Source: Podarcis melisellensis
Lineage: Eukaryota
Reading direction: 5' to 3' (one strand)
Length of the DNA: 64,000 nucleotides
Assembly (NCBI GenBank): GCA_964234715.1
Contig: OZ174286.1
The notes beneath the pieces are model-generated. The model saw only the letters and a program-made list of their open reading frames with translations, searched no databases and was not told the origin of the DNA. The position numbers and the translations under genes are program-made. Each line of letters starts with the position of its first letter. The stretch's first letter is position 1. Of the stretch, positions 34,497 through 46,715 are shown in pieces.

Positions 34497-36824
34497 GAAC
34501 TGTGGAACTTGATTTAGCTCTGAATGGGCTCCCATATACCTAAGAGGAAAATAGCTAATGAGAAGGAGGGTGAAAGTGTGGTAATCCAAGCAGGATTTTA
34601 CTCTTGTCTAATTTTGAAAGCAGGCCATGTACATCAATAGAAACTGCGTATGGTGTAAGGCCTAGAATACACGAGTCAGTCTTCGGATTGCACTCCCGCA
34701 AATTACTAGAGTATTAAGCCTCCGAGTAAAGCAAAAGTTGTACATTGCAGCTAATTGTGTGAATGTTGCTTAAAATACAGTATCTTCAGACATTTCTACA
34801 AGCTTCAAGAATGTTCTTCCCCCTCTCCTTTTTTGACACTGTCTCTTCTTTCAGGCCTCTCAGGTAAACAATGGAATGTGACGTAGGTTTTACCTCCAGT
34901 TCTGAAACAGTGTCTGGTTTTTGTTCCCTACTCTGTGGTGTGCGTAGGGAAGAACAGATAAACGATTGAAGTGATTGTGACTAAAACAATAAGCCAAATG
35001 AGTAGATTTGCTGTCTCAGCTGTGTGTCATCTTTAGCCTTACAGTGAAGAATCTAAGGTAGTAGAAATGGAGTAGAAATCTTAAAAAAACTTAATGGCAA
35101 ATACTTCCTTCATAAATAGTGGTGTTCTGGTATGATCCTAGCCAAAATGCAGTGACCAATCGGGTGCCTATCTGCCAGTTACCAAAAACTTTGCTTTATG
35201 ACTCACTGACTGCTTTGATGTAGAAACCTCCAGGCGCCTTAAGCAGGAAGAACTGCAATATGATAAATGCATTTAATCTATGATAAAATTTATGTCCTAT
35301 ATTCATAAGGTGCATTGAAATGTCAGAAACATTATGTACATAGTCACTTGATATTCTAACTATTGGCAGTCAAATAATTCTTAAGCTCCTGGTCTCTACC
35401 CTGTATTACTGATTAGCTGAAATTAAGATTTTGTAGCAAAACCTATTAATCAATATTGATTTGTTTTCAAGCAGAGAATAGTGGATGGTTTCAGAGCCTG
35501 TTAATGTCCAGGTTTCCAGCAATACTTTTTCCTCCTTGGCCTTTTGAGATGCAGTGGAGTAAAATTCTCTCATGTTGGAAAGGGCTGGTGAGGGCTGACA
35601 ACACAGTGAGAGATCAGCTCCGAGTTTCCCTAGTTCTGTGCCAGAATCTCATCTGATCATTTCAACGGTTACAAATTAATGCATTATGCCACCCTCCTCC
35701 TTCCTTCCCAACTTGGACCTGAAACACGACTGGGGAAAAGTAAAATCTGCACTGGACCTAAGAGATCATGGGTGAGCAACCTGCAAGCCTTGGCCCAATT
35801 CCAAAAGCCCTCTGCTGATGCTCATATCATCTGGTAGCATAATGTCCCTTCCTGGCGCCCTGCTGAGTGGAGAGGAAAAGTATTGCCACACCCAGTATTG
35901 ACTCTGGCCCTGCCTGCTTTTGGCATGTGGCCCCTGACAGATACCCCAAAGGAGACAGAAAATGTTCTTCACCCCACTTAAGATGCATGTTCTTAAATAA
36001 TAAAAATCACTTGCCTGGGTGCTGTGTGCCAGAGCAGTGCAAGCATATCAGTGATTTTCTGTAAAAGGAAACGTGGCTAAGTCTTCCCTTCCTTGCATTG
36101 CAGTTTAAATATTTATTCTTTGTCTCATACTGGAGAGAGTTTTATCTGTGGAAGAGGGAGAAAGGATGACTTCTACTGTGTTAGTGAATGGCATACATAA
36201 ATAAGGTACACACCATTCACCCGATATTCGCTCACATAACCTGGCTTGTCTGTGATTAATGGAAATAGTGTCAGATGCTGGAATTTATTCTGACCAATGA
36301 ACATAGCTGACTCAAGGGAGTACAATCTCCTGAAGAGTAATAGAACAGAATCCAATATGCATAAAATAAATCCAAGTCACTAGACTTTAGCTGATAGAAC
36401 CAACTACCTGTGTAATAACAAAGCAGCAAAAGCCATTTCTCATGTGGCTGCAGAGCTCTGATGTGTTTCTCAAGGCTGCTTCTTGAGGTTACAGGGACTT
36501 GAATAAGTATCACTGTCCAGGACACTGACACAGTTCACGTTTTAAACAATGTACTGGAGAAATGGTCGTATTTTTAAATAAATTATTTTTCTTTGAAAGT
36601 GGCTTTCTATAAATTGATGCAAGTAGTCATTATTTTTTTGACTGCTACGTAGCTTTTGTACCTCAGAAATGTCCACAACTGCAAGATGCATGAATGAAAC
36701 TTTAATATCTGGTGCGCAATTCTACACCTCAGCAATCTCGTCGTAGATTTTTATTTTTCTTGCTGGGCTGCTTGTTGCTCCCTTACTGTGCATAGTAATA
36801 TTCATATAAATACATTGTGTAGGT

Positions 36825-36960
36825 CAGTGTTTCCCAACCTTGTGCCTCCAGCTGTTTTTGGACTACAATTCCCATCATCCCTTGCCACTGGTCTTGCTAG
36901 TCAGGGATGATGGGAGTTGTAGTTCAAAAACAGCTGGAGGCACAAGGTTGGGAAACACTG
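36825..36960. mobile_element. Palindromic hAT-type MITE
   Basis: TIR CAGTGTTTCCCAACCTTGTGCCTCCAGCTGTTTTTG with its exact inverse, and a perfect 8-bp TSD GTGTAGGT. Confidence 0.93.
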
Positions 36961-38057
36961 GTGTAGGTAAATGAATTCCTAAGTGGGAGGAAACTTGTAT
37001 GTTTTATGAGGTGCCATGAAGTTGTGGGAACATTAACCAGCTCAGTTTCTTTAGGTGAGCTACTCATTGAAGTGGTTATTCTTTCTCTTTCACCTTCCTA
37101 TTCCATACATTGACACATTAGTCTAGGCGTTACCATACCAAGAAATCCTTGAGTCTATTTTACATGATTTGTGCTACATGAGTCTTAACCTGCAGAAGTC
37201 CAATAGTATAAAGTGTATGGTTTGCATGCAGAAAATGCCACACACAATCTCCAGGCTATGAAGATAAAGTTGGGAAGGATCCTGTTAAGAAACCCTGGAG
37301 CACAGAAAGCCTTTGCAGTGCCCTTTAATGTTTCTGGCCTGCACATTCCATCCATTCTTGACCGTTCGCCATGTTGGCTAAGGCTGATGGAAGTTGTAGT
37401 CCACTAACAGCTGGAAGGCCCCCCCCCTTGGTATCTGCTGTTCTACATAGATAACAGTGAGTGGATGGACAAGTGTCCTGGTTTAGCATAAGGGCAACTT
37501 CCTATGGCTTTTTCCACTGCTGTAGGATACAGCAATAAAAAAGATGGGGCTAATTTAAGGAGGGAAACCAGTAGCTTTTAGCAGGGGAAGAATGGCTGTA
37601 ATCTGAATTTGCCATTCAGTTGCTTCTTCCTCCCTTCCCAAGCAAAACCTTTGAGTTTAAAATCACTTCGGAACTTGTGAGTTTGTGAAGCATTCATGCA
37701 TTGCTGTTTTAGCAAGGTCTTCAATTAGACAAATAAGGCTCTGCCCCCTTTAAGCATTTTCTACTTTTTAAAAAAGCAAAGGCTTCCTGCTCTGGCTTTT
37801 TGCCTTGAGGTACCATAGAATGTCTAAAGGCTGCCTCGTACACAAATCCAGCTGGTCTGATCAATATGGAAGTAGGTGTGAAAGTTGGAAATTCCCAGAA
37901 GTGTTGAAAGAGATGCCTCTGCAAATGGGTTAGTTGCAGGATTTATTTATTTTTTTAAAAAAACAACTAAAGAAAGTTTTGTTTTAAATTTGATTTGGTC
38001 AGCAATGTGCTTTGCTGCATATCCAATTATCATTACAGAATTGAACTGAAACAAATA

Positions 38058-38283
38058 CAGTGGTACCTCAGGTTACATACGCTTCAGGTTACAGACTCCG
38101 CTAACCCAGAAATAGTACCTCAGGTTAAAAACTTTGCTTCAGGATGAGAACAGAAATCGTGCTCCGGCAGCACGGCAGCAGCAGGAGGCCCCATTAGCTA
38201 AAGTAGTGCTTCAGGTTAAGGACAGTTTCAGGTTAAGAACGGACCTCCAGCACGAATTAAGTACTTAACCCGAGGTACCACTG
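38058..38283. mobile_element. Tc1/mariner-type MITE (family copy 3)
   Basis: TA TSD and CAGTGGTACCTC TIRs; opposite orientation to copy 1. Confidence 0.9.
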
Positions 38284-39266
38284 TACACTAAGTTAGGGTA
38301 TGGTGAATAAAAATAAGTGGAATGTTAAAACAAACCTTTTATGTTGTGTAGTTAGTATAGCGATACTTCCTGTCTGGACAGTGAGGTTTACAGTATCATG
38401 CCATTGATTAACAGCGTTTTTACGCTTTCCTATCCTGCACTTTTACAATTTATCCCTACCCCCTTTCCTTTACATCAGAAATAGGAAAGTTGTGACTGTC
38501 CAGAAGATGATGAACTCCAAACTCCACTTAGCCCCAGCCAGTCTGGCCAATCCTTGGCAACAATGGGTGTTGCATTCAAACATGTGGGGGCTACTGCTCC
38601 ACACCCCCTTTTTACGCTGATCCTCTTGCTCTCTTATTTACACTCCAAAACAAGACGCTCAGTGCCTTTTTGCCCTGCTAGTAAGTTCATCTCAATTCAA
38701 GGAGCTTCCCCTGAAGAGATGGAGGAAAACCGCAATGGACATTTGAATGTATCTTGACTTTATTTTCCTTCACAGTTCATGGCCTTATGAGTAAAAACCA
38801 GGGTGGAGAGACTGCAGGAGGAAGTGAGGATTAGAGTGCCATGCTTGGCGTATACACAAATCAGTACAACTTCTGCAAATCCCTGGTAAGTTGGAGCAGG
38901 GCTTGTAGTATACTTCAGCATCAGCTGGTGTGCAGAATTTGGGCACACGAGCCAGTTCCCAAGCAGAACTGAAGAGTCAACTCTCCACCCATCCGCTTAT
39001 CTTGCTTTCTGCAGCCCTTTCTACCTGCTCTCATGCCTGATGTTACATATGACATCAGAACTTTTAGAAAAATAAATGCGGTATCTTGAAAAAAAATAGT
39101 ATACATTTAGCTTAAGGTGTCTGGGAAATTGCTTCTACTGTGGATAAAAGTGTATAACTGAACTGGAATAGTTTACCTTCCTTGGAAGACTTTTCATTTG
39201 AGGTTTTAAGGAGAGGATCGCGCCTTCTGGCTTCCTGTATTACAATATGAAAGCATACAAGCTCCA

Positions 39267-39272
39267 TTTATT
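39267..39272 (-). terminator. Candidate CMC1 polyadenylation signal AATAAA
   Basis: TTTATT on the + strand, ~105 nt downstream of the CMC1 stop codon. Confidence 0.5.
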
Positions 39273-39376
39273 TCAGCAAGATTGGGTTAGGGAAAAGTGA
39301 TTATAAGATGTATTCAATTCCATGATATCAAAGGTATATAAAGTTAAAGTGTCAGCCAAAACATTTAAGACTTTGA

Positions 39377-39491
39377 CTACATGCTTGTAGGAAGCCTCTG
39401 CTGCTTTCGACGATTTCCTGTTTCTCTGAACTCTTCCCTTTGCTTCAAATATTCAGCCTTGCATTCTTCATAAAACGCTGGATCATTGTAG
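39377..39491 (-). CDS. CMC1: CMC1 last coding exon
   Basis: TTTTAG|C. Encodes (Y)YNDPAFYEECKAEYLKQREEFRETGNRRKQQRLPTSM*, matching the recalled human CMC1 C-terminus YNDPAFYEECKMEYLKEREEFRKTG...LPTSM. Not in the ORF track. Confidence 0.95.
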
Positions 39492-39788
39492 CTAAAAGAC
39501 AGGCAAAATGCATTCATTAGGTCTAACAATTTCTCTACTCGATTTTAGTTACTAAACTACTTAAATACATGTAGGAAATGGTGCAGGGAAAGCAACAACA
39601 GCGAAACTGATTCTGTGGTAGGTATTCTATGTGACTGCAACCATAGCTGGTGTTTACTTCTTGCTCATTTTTAAGAGAAGGCAACTCATCAGCCTGCTGT
39701 TGCAGAGATGTGTGAAATGTGTGTAGGAGACTGCATTTATACCTACACCCCACAACCACAAATTGATAGTTCTTGTTGAATTGCCTGC

Positions 39789-39792
<4 letters not shown>

Positions 39793-39861
<69 letters not shown>

Positions 39862-39870
39862 CGAGAGAGA
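39793..39870. repeat. Compound (GT)n(GA)n microsatellite
   Basis: Directly visible. Confidence 0.95.
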
Positions 39871-39996
39871 GTGTAAATCACCTTCCTTCTAATACTTAGC
39901 AGTTGGACCTTCTCTTTTTATCCTGCTACAAATGATGGGGGAGGGGTGTAGAATGCAATATATGGTTCAAACTCATACGAAAAGAGGAGTACGAGA

Positions 39997-40138
39997 CAGT
40001 GGCGTAGCGTGGGTTGTCAGCACCCGGGGCAAGGCAAGTAATTTGCACCTCCTAACCCGTGGATTTGCGCCCCCTAACCCCCAGATGTTGCGCCCGGTGC
40101 GGCCGGGCCCCCCCTGCACCCCCCACGCTACGCCACTG
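39997..40138. mobile_element. hAT-type MITE (CAGTGGCGTAGCGTGGG TIR)
   Basis: Perfect 17-bp TIRs and an 8-bp TSD GTACGAGA/GTACCAGA. Confidence 0.88.
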
Positions 40139-41033
40139 GTACCAGAGAAAAAATAGTACTGCCTTGTTAATTCTAGTGTCTGTGCACTTGCAAAATGGAA
40201 CTTCAGATTGTCCGCCTTGCAACCCTCCATTACACCCTCAATCTTCCCCAGAGAGTTAGGCATGGGGGGGGGGGGGGAGAGATGAATGTGCTGTTGGAAC
40301 TAAGGCTCACACAACATTGGATTTAACCCTGCGTCCCCTTAACAAAACAGGCAACCTCAGAGCAGAAGGATGCATTTCACAATAGCTGCTTTGTTCTTAA
40401 AACTGACTAGAAACTTACAGCAGGAAGGCTCCATCACTTCCCAAACAAGCCTCTCTGACTGTTGTAAGTGGCAGTTCTCACACTGCCAGGAAGTTCCTCT
40501 GAATGTTTAGTCAAAAAACCCTTTCTTGTAATGTGAACCCATTGGTTCAGTTCCTACACCCTGAAGCAACGCACATTTGCATCCTACTGTTGCATCCCTT
40601 CAAATATCTGAAAATAGTTGTCATATCACCTCTTAATCATCTCTTCTCCAGCCTAAACTTTTCATCATAGGACTGGGTCTTCAAGCTTTTTAATGTGATA
40701 GAAGGTGCAATGGTATAACCTAGGTAGATGCTTTATTAAGTAAGTGAACCAGAAGGGTAACAGCCCATACAAGTTATACACAGGGCATATTTTTTTCTAA
40801 GTACTCAGTAGTATGGAATAACTTTTTTTTTGCTTGCCACGGCAGCCATTTTATGCTGGCACACCTGACACTTAATATAAGAGTACTTGCATCTCATTTG
40901 TTACAAAAAAGAGCACTGTTAATACTAGTATAGATACATTTTGATTTTGTATCATATACTACCTATTGAGACTAAGATGATCTATCTTGTCAGCTTCTAG
41001 AGACCACTTTATTTTTAGTCCTCTTCTAAATTA

Positions 41034-41036
<3 letters not shown>

Positions 41037-41078
<42 letters not shown>
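41037..41078. repeat. (CA)n microsatellite
   Basis: Directly visible. Confidence 0.95.
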
Positions 41079-41080
<2 letters not shown>

Positions 41081-41150
41081 AAGAGGTATTAGATTACTCT
41101 TCCTTTAATTTATTGCTTGGTGTGGACTTATCTCCATGCATTGTACTTAC

Positions 41151-41241
41151 TAGCCGGTGACGCATTCTTTCAGGGCTGCATTTTCTTCTCTGCATTTTAC
41201 CACCATCAGAATGCCTGAATCCTGGCAACATTTGGTGAAGG
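41151..41241 (-). CDS. CMC1: CMC1 penultimate exon (twin Cx9C region)
   Basis: TTTCAG|CC...TA|GTAAGT, 91 nt. Encodes FTKCCQDSGILMVVKCREENAALKECVTG, and its phase fits the last exon. Not in the ORF track. Confidence 0.95.
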
Positions 41242-44200
41242 CTGAAACAAAATTTGGGACAACTGGGGTTATACTGAATAACGTGTTAAGTGTAAATAGG
41301 TTGTGACCCTTGCTCTTGATCAGTAGTCTAATACAACTTCACTGCAGCAAAGTACACATTCAGCACAGTGGTGTTCTTAAGTTTCTGAAAAATGACAGAG
41401 GTCTATCACACAACTATCGCCCTAAATACGTGGAATGTCACTTGTTTGAAAACTGCTTTGTGCACTAAAGCAGAATGCAGTACTGGTAATACTGTAGAGT
41501 GTTTTTGCGCTATTGACTGGCCACAGTATTAGAGACAGTATTGGACTACAGGGATATTGGCTTGATTTAGGAATAAGGTTTTACATCAGAGGTGATAAAC
41601 CTGTGGCCCTTCAGATGTTGGAAGTCCAACTTCCACCAGCCCTTGTCAGTATGTCCAATGGTGAGGGATGAAGGGAGAATCTGATGATAATGCCTATCTC
41701 CAGTCTATTAAAGAAAAAGATTGAATACCATCTCCTCCTTCACTACTATACATATTACATAACAATTTGCCTAATGTGCAGGAAGATTTAGATAGTTTTC
41801 AAACAAGCAGTTTTGCCAATGCACAATCTCAAGGACTGTTCCACAGTACAGCATGTAGAAGTGTTTAAAACAACAACACCCACCCCACCTTCATTTGCTA
41901 GTAAATTACTCTTCTCCATCTTTGCACCGTGAGTTTTATCAATTTAACTGTTACAACGAACTTGCTCCTATTACCAAGTGATGTAATATTCCATACAAAA
42001 TGCATGTCCCAAAATAGTTCAACAAAACAAAACAAAACAAAAAGCAACATTTATATCGGGGCCGAAACAAAGCAGTCCATATTGCCCCAATAAACCAGCT
42101 GTTCTATGTAACATGGGTTTGGTATACAATCTTTCTTAGTCTGGATGAATAATAAACACAGTGTAGGCTATACATTCACACAGCCTGACCTTTGATTGTG
42201 CTAGCTTCTGCTAGGGTAGTAGTGGAAGAGGGCTTGAAAGGGCACAGTATTGTAATACCCTGCCATCACCCTAAGCTTGCCAAACAAGGTTTCCGCTCTT
42301 TATCTATTCCCCTTCCCGGACAACTTTATGTCCTTACTAGAGCACATGGGGAAAACTCCAAAATTCCTCTAACCCTTCCCAGGAAGCTCAGCCAGATATT
42401 GCCCGCCACATAGTCTCGCTAAATAATATCACTTTTCCATGCTGAGGTAGGGAAGCAGCCAAACTGTGCTCATGAGGGATTTCATCTTGCAGCAGTAGCT
42501 GAAGGTCTCAAGGCTGCCTGGTGATCAACCCCTGGTGCTGCTCAGCTTCGAATGACTAGCAACTCTGCCGTCACTACATTGGTGCACTGAAAACATATGG
42601 ACGTAAGAAGAGCCCTGCTGCATAAGACCAATGGCCTACCTGGTCCAGTGTCCTGTTCTCACAGTGACTAACCAATGCCCATGGGAAGCCCACAAGTGCA
42701 GGAGCACAAGAGGAGGAGAGAAGGGCCCCACTGTTCTGATGGTGTGGTTTTTTTAAAGGCTGTTTTATGGGTACTCTCCAAATGCATCAAATTATTCCAG
42801 CCGTTAAAATTTGCATTGGGAAGCTGTCCAAGTCACTGATAATGCCTGATTGTATTAGTTGAGAATAAAACAAGCCTTCACGGAGAAGTATTTTCTCACT
42901 TGGTGACCGCTCTGATCTTCAAGCTTAGCCACTCCTGGCCTGCTGCCTTGAGCTTTTTGTAAGGTCTTTCTCACTTGTTTAGCAACAAGGTTGTAATTAG
43001 GCTCCCCCCACACCCCCGCGCTTCGCACTGTGTAACAAATTAACACTGCTCATACTTGGGAGTGATCTTCAATACTACTAAACTATTTATGAAACAGTAT
43101 TTATTCTGTAACAAATTCAAGAGGTGAAACCCTTCTCCTTTTCATACTGCTTTCAACAAGTCAGGGCCCGTGTGATAACTAACACAGCTAGACTTTGATT
43201 AGCATTTTGCACCGCTGATTCCGATGGACCACTTCACGCAAGCCTGTTTTCTTTTGCAGATACAACTTCCGTGTCTGAAAGCCCATTGTGTCTCATGACG
43301 TGCGATAAACACACACATGTATTTTGCCATATGCAAAATCCAGAAGGTGACCAGCTCTCGTATGGTTGTCACTCAGGACTTCTGGCATGCAAAAAAGCAC
43401 TCCTGGCATTTTCTATGAAGCCAGAAGTGCTCTGATGGCAAGAGTGCTATTATTTATCTTCCAGGAAATTCCTGAAAAAGGAATATTCTGTCTCCTAGTG
43501 GGCTTGCAATAGTTCTGATCAGTGTTGAATCCGGAATATAAATGAGAGCTCTGGTGTTTAAGGGGATAGTTTAAATAAAGAGCACTTCTGATCAATGAAA
43601 ACTGTTAACCTGCTTAATTGGGTTAAAAAGATCTATTTAAAAAAACAAACAAAACCATGTCTGCATAAACACTGAAAATGGCAAGCACTGAGTTATAGGA
43701 CATTTCTCTCTCACACACAGTAAGGCAGGCATAAGAAACCTGTGGACCTTTAGATGTCATTGAACTCCGAAGTCCTCCATTAGCCCCAGATAGCATGACC
43801 AATGGTAAAGGATTAATATCAAGATGTAATCCAACATCATTCGGCGCGGGGCATCCTACAATAAGGAATGCCTCTAAGATGTCATATACTGCTTAATCAA
43901 AATATCTCTAAGTGGCATACATAATAAGATTGTGCCTGCTACGATCATATGCAGATCATCCCAAAAAAGAAGGATGCTTTTTTCTTCAGTACAGTTGTTC
44001 TTATGTATATGCAAATTCAACTGATGAATGAATGAGTTAATAAACTCAGGCTGCTATGCTATATATGCTTTAGCTGGTTGTAAACCCCATTCAATATAGT
44101 AGGTCTTACTTTGGAGTAAACAGATTTGGGATTGCATTGTCAAAAGTAAAATGCATTTTCTTCAGTGACAATCCTGTGTGCTCTGCATTTAGACATGTCT

Positions 44201-45670
44201 GAGTTCTGTGCTGGTAGCCAAAAGCAAGACCAAGGAATCTAGTAACCTAAAAACGTTGAAGCCCTCCATTTCACATCTGGCTCTTAAAATATAATGTGTA
44301 TCCTAGATATACAGTGTTTCTCTCATTTCATATAAACACAGCGATATAATAAGCTGTAAAAAATGTTGATGGGATTCTCGAGCTTAACATTTGGTCTAGA
44401 GAGCAATTGGATTTCTGCTTTCCCACTGGCACTGGCCAGCTTTTCTTCTTCCTTTTGCAATCATTCCCCCTGAAAGCTGTGAAGTAAAATACACCCACAT
44501 GCACACCAAATAAAATAAAAGCCGAAGACAACAGGAGGTCCCTCTCACTTGTTAGCTCACCAGCTTCAGTTGGTTAAAGGTGTGATGTCCTACTGAACGG
44601 AGCCTGAACTGCTACAGAGAGCAAACCCCAGCTTCTGAGCAGCCCTGCCTGAGCTACACACAGCCGCGGCCACGCACACAGGAAGCATCATTACAAAGTG
44701 ATAAAACTGCTTCCAGCTATATGGTTTTAATGTTGTTAATGCTAACTAAAAAGGAAAAGAAATGGGGAGGGAGAGCAGGCACGGGGATATAAGAATCCTA
44801 CTATGCGAATGTATCGCACAGCTTAATTGCTGGCTTCTGTATCCCAAACCCTTTTAAATCCCGCAAATACTGGCGGGGGCGGGGCGGGAGGGAGGGGGAG
44901 AAGCTACAAAAGACTAGCTACACAAATGTAAACTAGATTCAAGTCCAAAAGCGCTGCACCTCTCACTTTTATTAACCGATTTTGAAGCTTCTTTTCTCCA
45001 TGCAGAAAATTCAGAACAGCTAAAACTGAAATCCACTTTGGGGGAGGGGGAATAAAATGGATTCATAAATCAAACAGAAAGCTAGGTGTATACAACTCCC
45101 AAATATTAAAATTAAGTTCCAGGAAATCAACCTCCTACTCCCTGTTCAGCTTTACTTATTTCCCATGTTGTCAATAGAAAGCTCATCAACTTGGAGGACA
45201 GACCAAAGATGAATATTGCGTTCCCCATGTTTTCACAGTATTTTCCACAAGCTACCAATTGAGATAATAACTGGAGGGCACTACCCTTTTCACAATCAGG
45301 CGGCAATCTGCTGACATATACTGCATGCTGAGTGAGGAACAGTTGGCCTTTCAAGTCTAGTCTCGCACTGCAAGAAAAGGAGGGACGAGGCTATCCAATA
45401 ATCCATAAACCATCGTTTGTATTTTTGAGCCTACTCTTAAAGAAACAACAACAACCCACAAGGTGTGTAGCAAAATAATGAAACTTAGCTTCCTGTGGTT
45501 TTATTTTTGTTTTTTAAGTTACCATATAGCAGATGTGGAAAAACATGCAGCTTCTGTATGGCTGCACGTTTATGTGGCTTATTGGTTTAGAAATGTTGTT
45601 TCTCATTTAAAAAAACAAAACAAATTGCTTTTCCAGCCTTCATGGGTGTAGAGCTATGTTTAGAAGCATA

Positions 45671-45912
45671 CAGTGGTACCTCGGGTTGCATACGCTTCAG
45701 GTTACATACGCTTCAGGTTACAGACTCCGCTAACCCAGAAATATTACCTCGGGTTAAGAACTTTGCTTCAGGATGAGAACAGAAATTGTTCTCCGGCGGT
45801 GTGGCAGCAGCTGGAGGCCCCATTATCTAAAGTGGTGCTTCAGGTTAAGAACAGTTTCAGATTAAGAACAGACCTCCGGAACAAATTAAGTACTTAACCC
45901 GAGGTACCACTG
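45671..45912. mobile_element. Tc1/mariner-type MITE (family copy 4)
   Basis: TA TSD and CAGTGGTACCTC TIRs. Confidence 0.9.
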
Positions 45913-45975
45913 TAGTAGCAAAACAGAAGGGGAAAAAAGCTACATTCATGTGTTATTTTTGTTTATTAACATCAT

Positions 45976-46006
<31 letters not shown>

Positions 46007-46173
46007 TTCTTATTTATTAAGTTTGCATACTGTAACACTTATTTTATGTGAATCTAGTAATCTCTATTTTTGAATGTACATATACCTGCTCAACCAAGTA
46101 ATCTGGTTAATTCTACTGTTTGAATCATTTTGAACTTCCATAGCAACTAGTCAGTCACTTACTGAAGTAAATT

Positions 46174-46715
46174 ATAGAATCATAGAGTTGGAAGGAGCCC
46201 TAAGGGACATCTATTGCAGCTCCCTGCATGACAGTATTTTAACTAGATCATACATGACAATCTCTGCTTAAAAATCTCCAAGGAGAGTCCATTACCTCTC
46301 ATGAAAGTCTGTTACACCACTGAATACAGTGATACCTCTGGATGCGAGCAGGATCCGTTCCAGAGCCCCGTTCGCATCCTGAGTAGAACGTAGGACACGA
46401 CTGCGCGTGTCAAGTTTTGCTGCTTCCACGCATGCGCGTGACGTCATTTTGAGCGTCTGCGCATGCGGCAAAACCCGGAAGTAACGCGCTCTGTTACTTC
46501 CAGGTCGCCGCGGAGCGTAACTTGAAAACGCTCAACCTGAAGCACATTTAACCCAAGGTATGACTGTAGTTCTCACTGTAAGAAAGTTCTTCCTGATGTT
46601 TAGTTAGAATCTCTTGTAGCTTGAAGCCACTGGTTCATGTCCTAGCCTTCACAGCAGGAGCAATCAGGCTTGCTCCATCTTCCATGTGACAGCCCTTTAG
46701 ATATTTGAAGATGGC
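46174..46715 (-). mobile_element. CR1 LINE 3' fragment interrupted by a mariner-type MITE (46327-46566)
   Basis: CR1 tail ATAGAATCATAGA. The CR1 sequence resumes after a TA-flanked element with CAGT(G/C)ATACCT TIRs. Confidence 0.75.

Noticed and set aside
34497-39376. Possible overlap of the AZI2 and CMC1 3' UTRs
   Set aside because: The stop codons are 4.9 kb apart and each gene has its own candidate AATAAA before meeting the other. Overlap cannot be supported without 3' end data.
42855-43046. 63-aa - strand ORF within the CMC1 intron
   Set aside because: No similarity to CMC1 or any family I recognise, and no clear splice signals.
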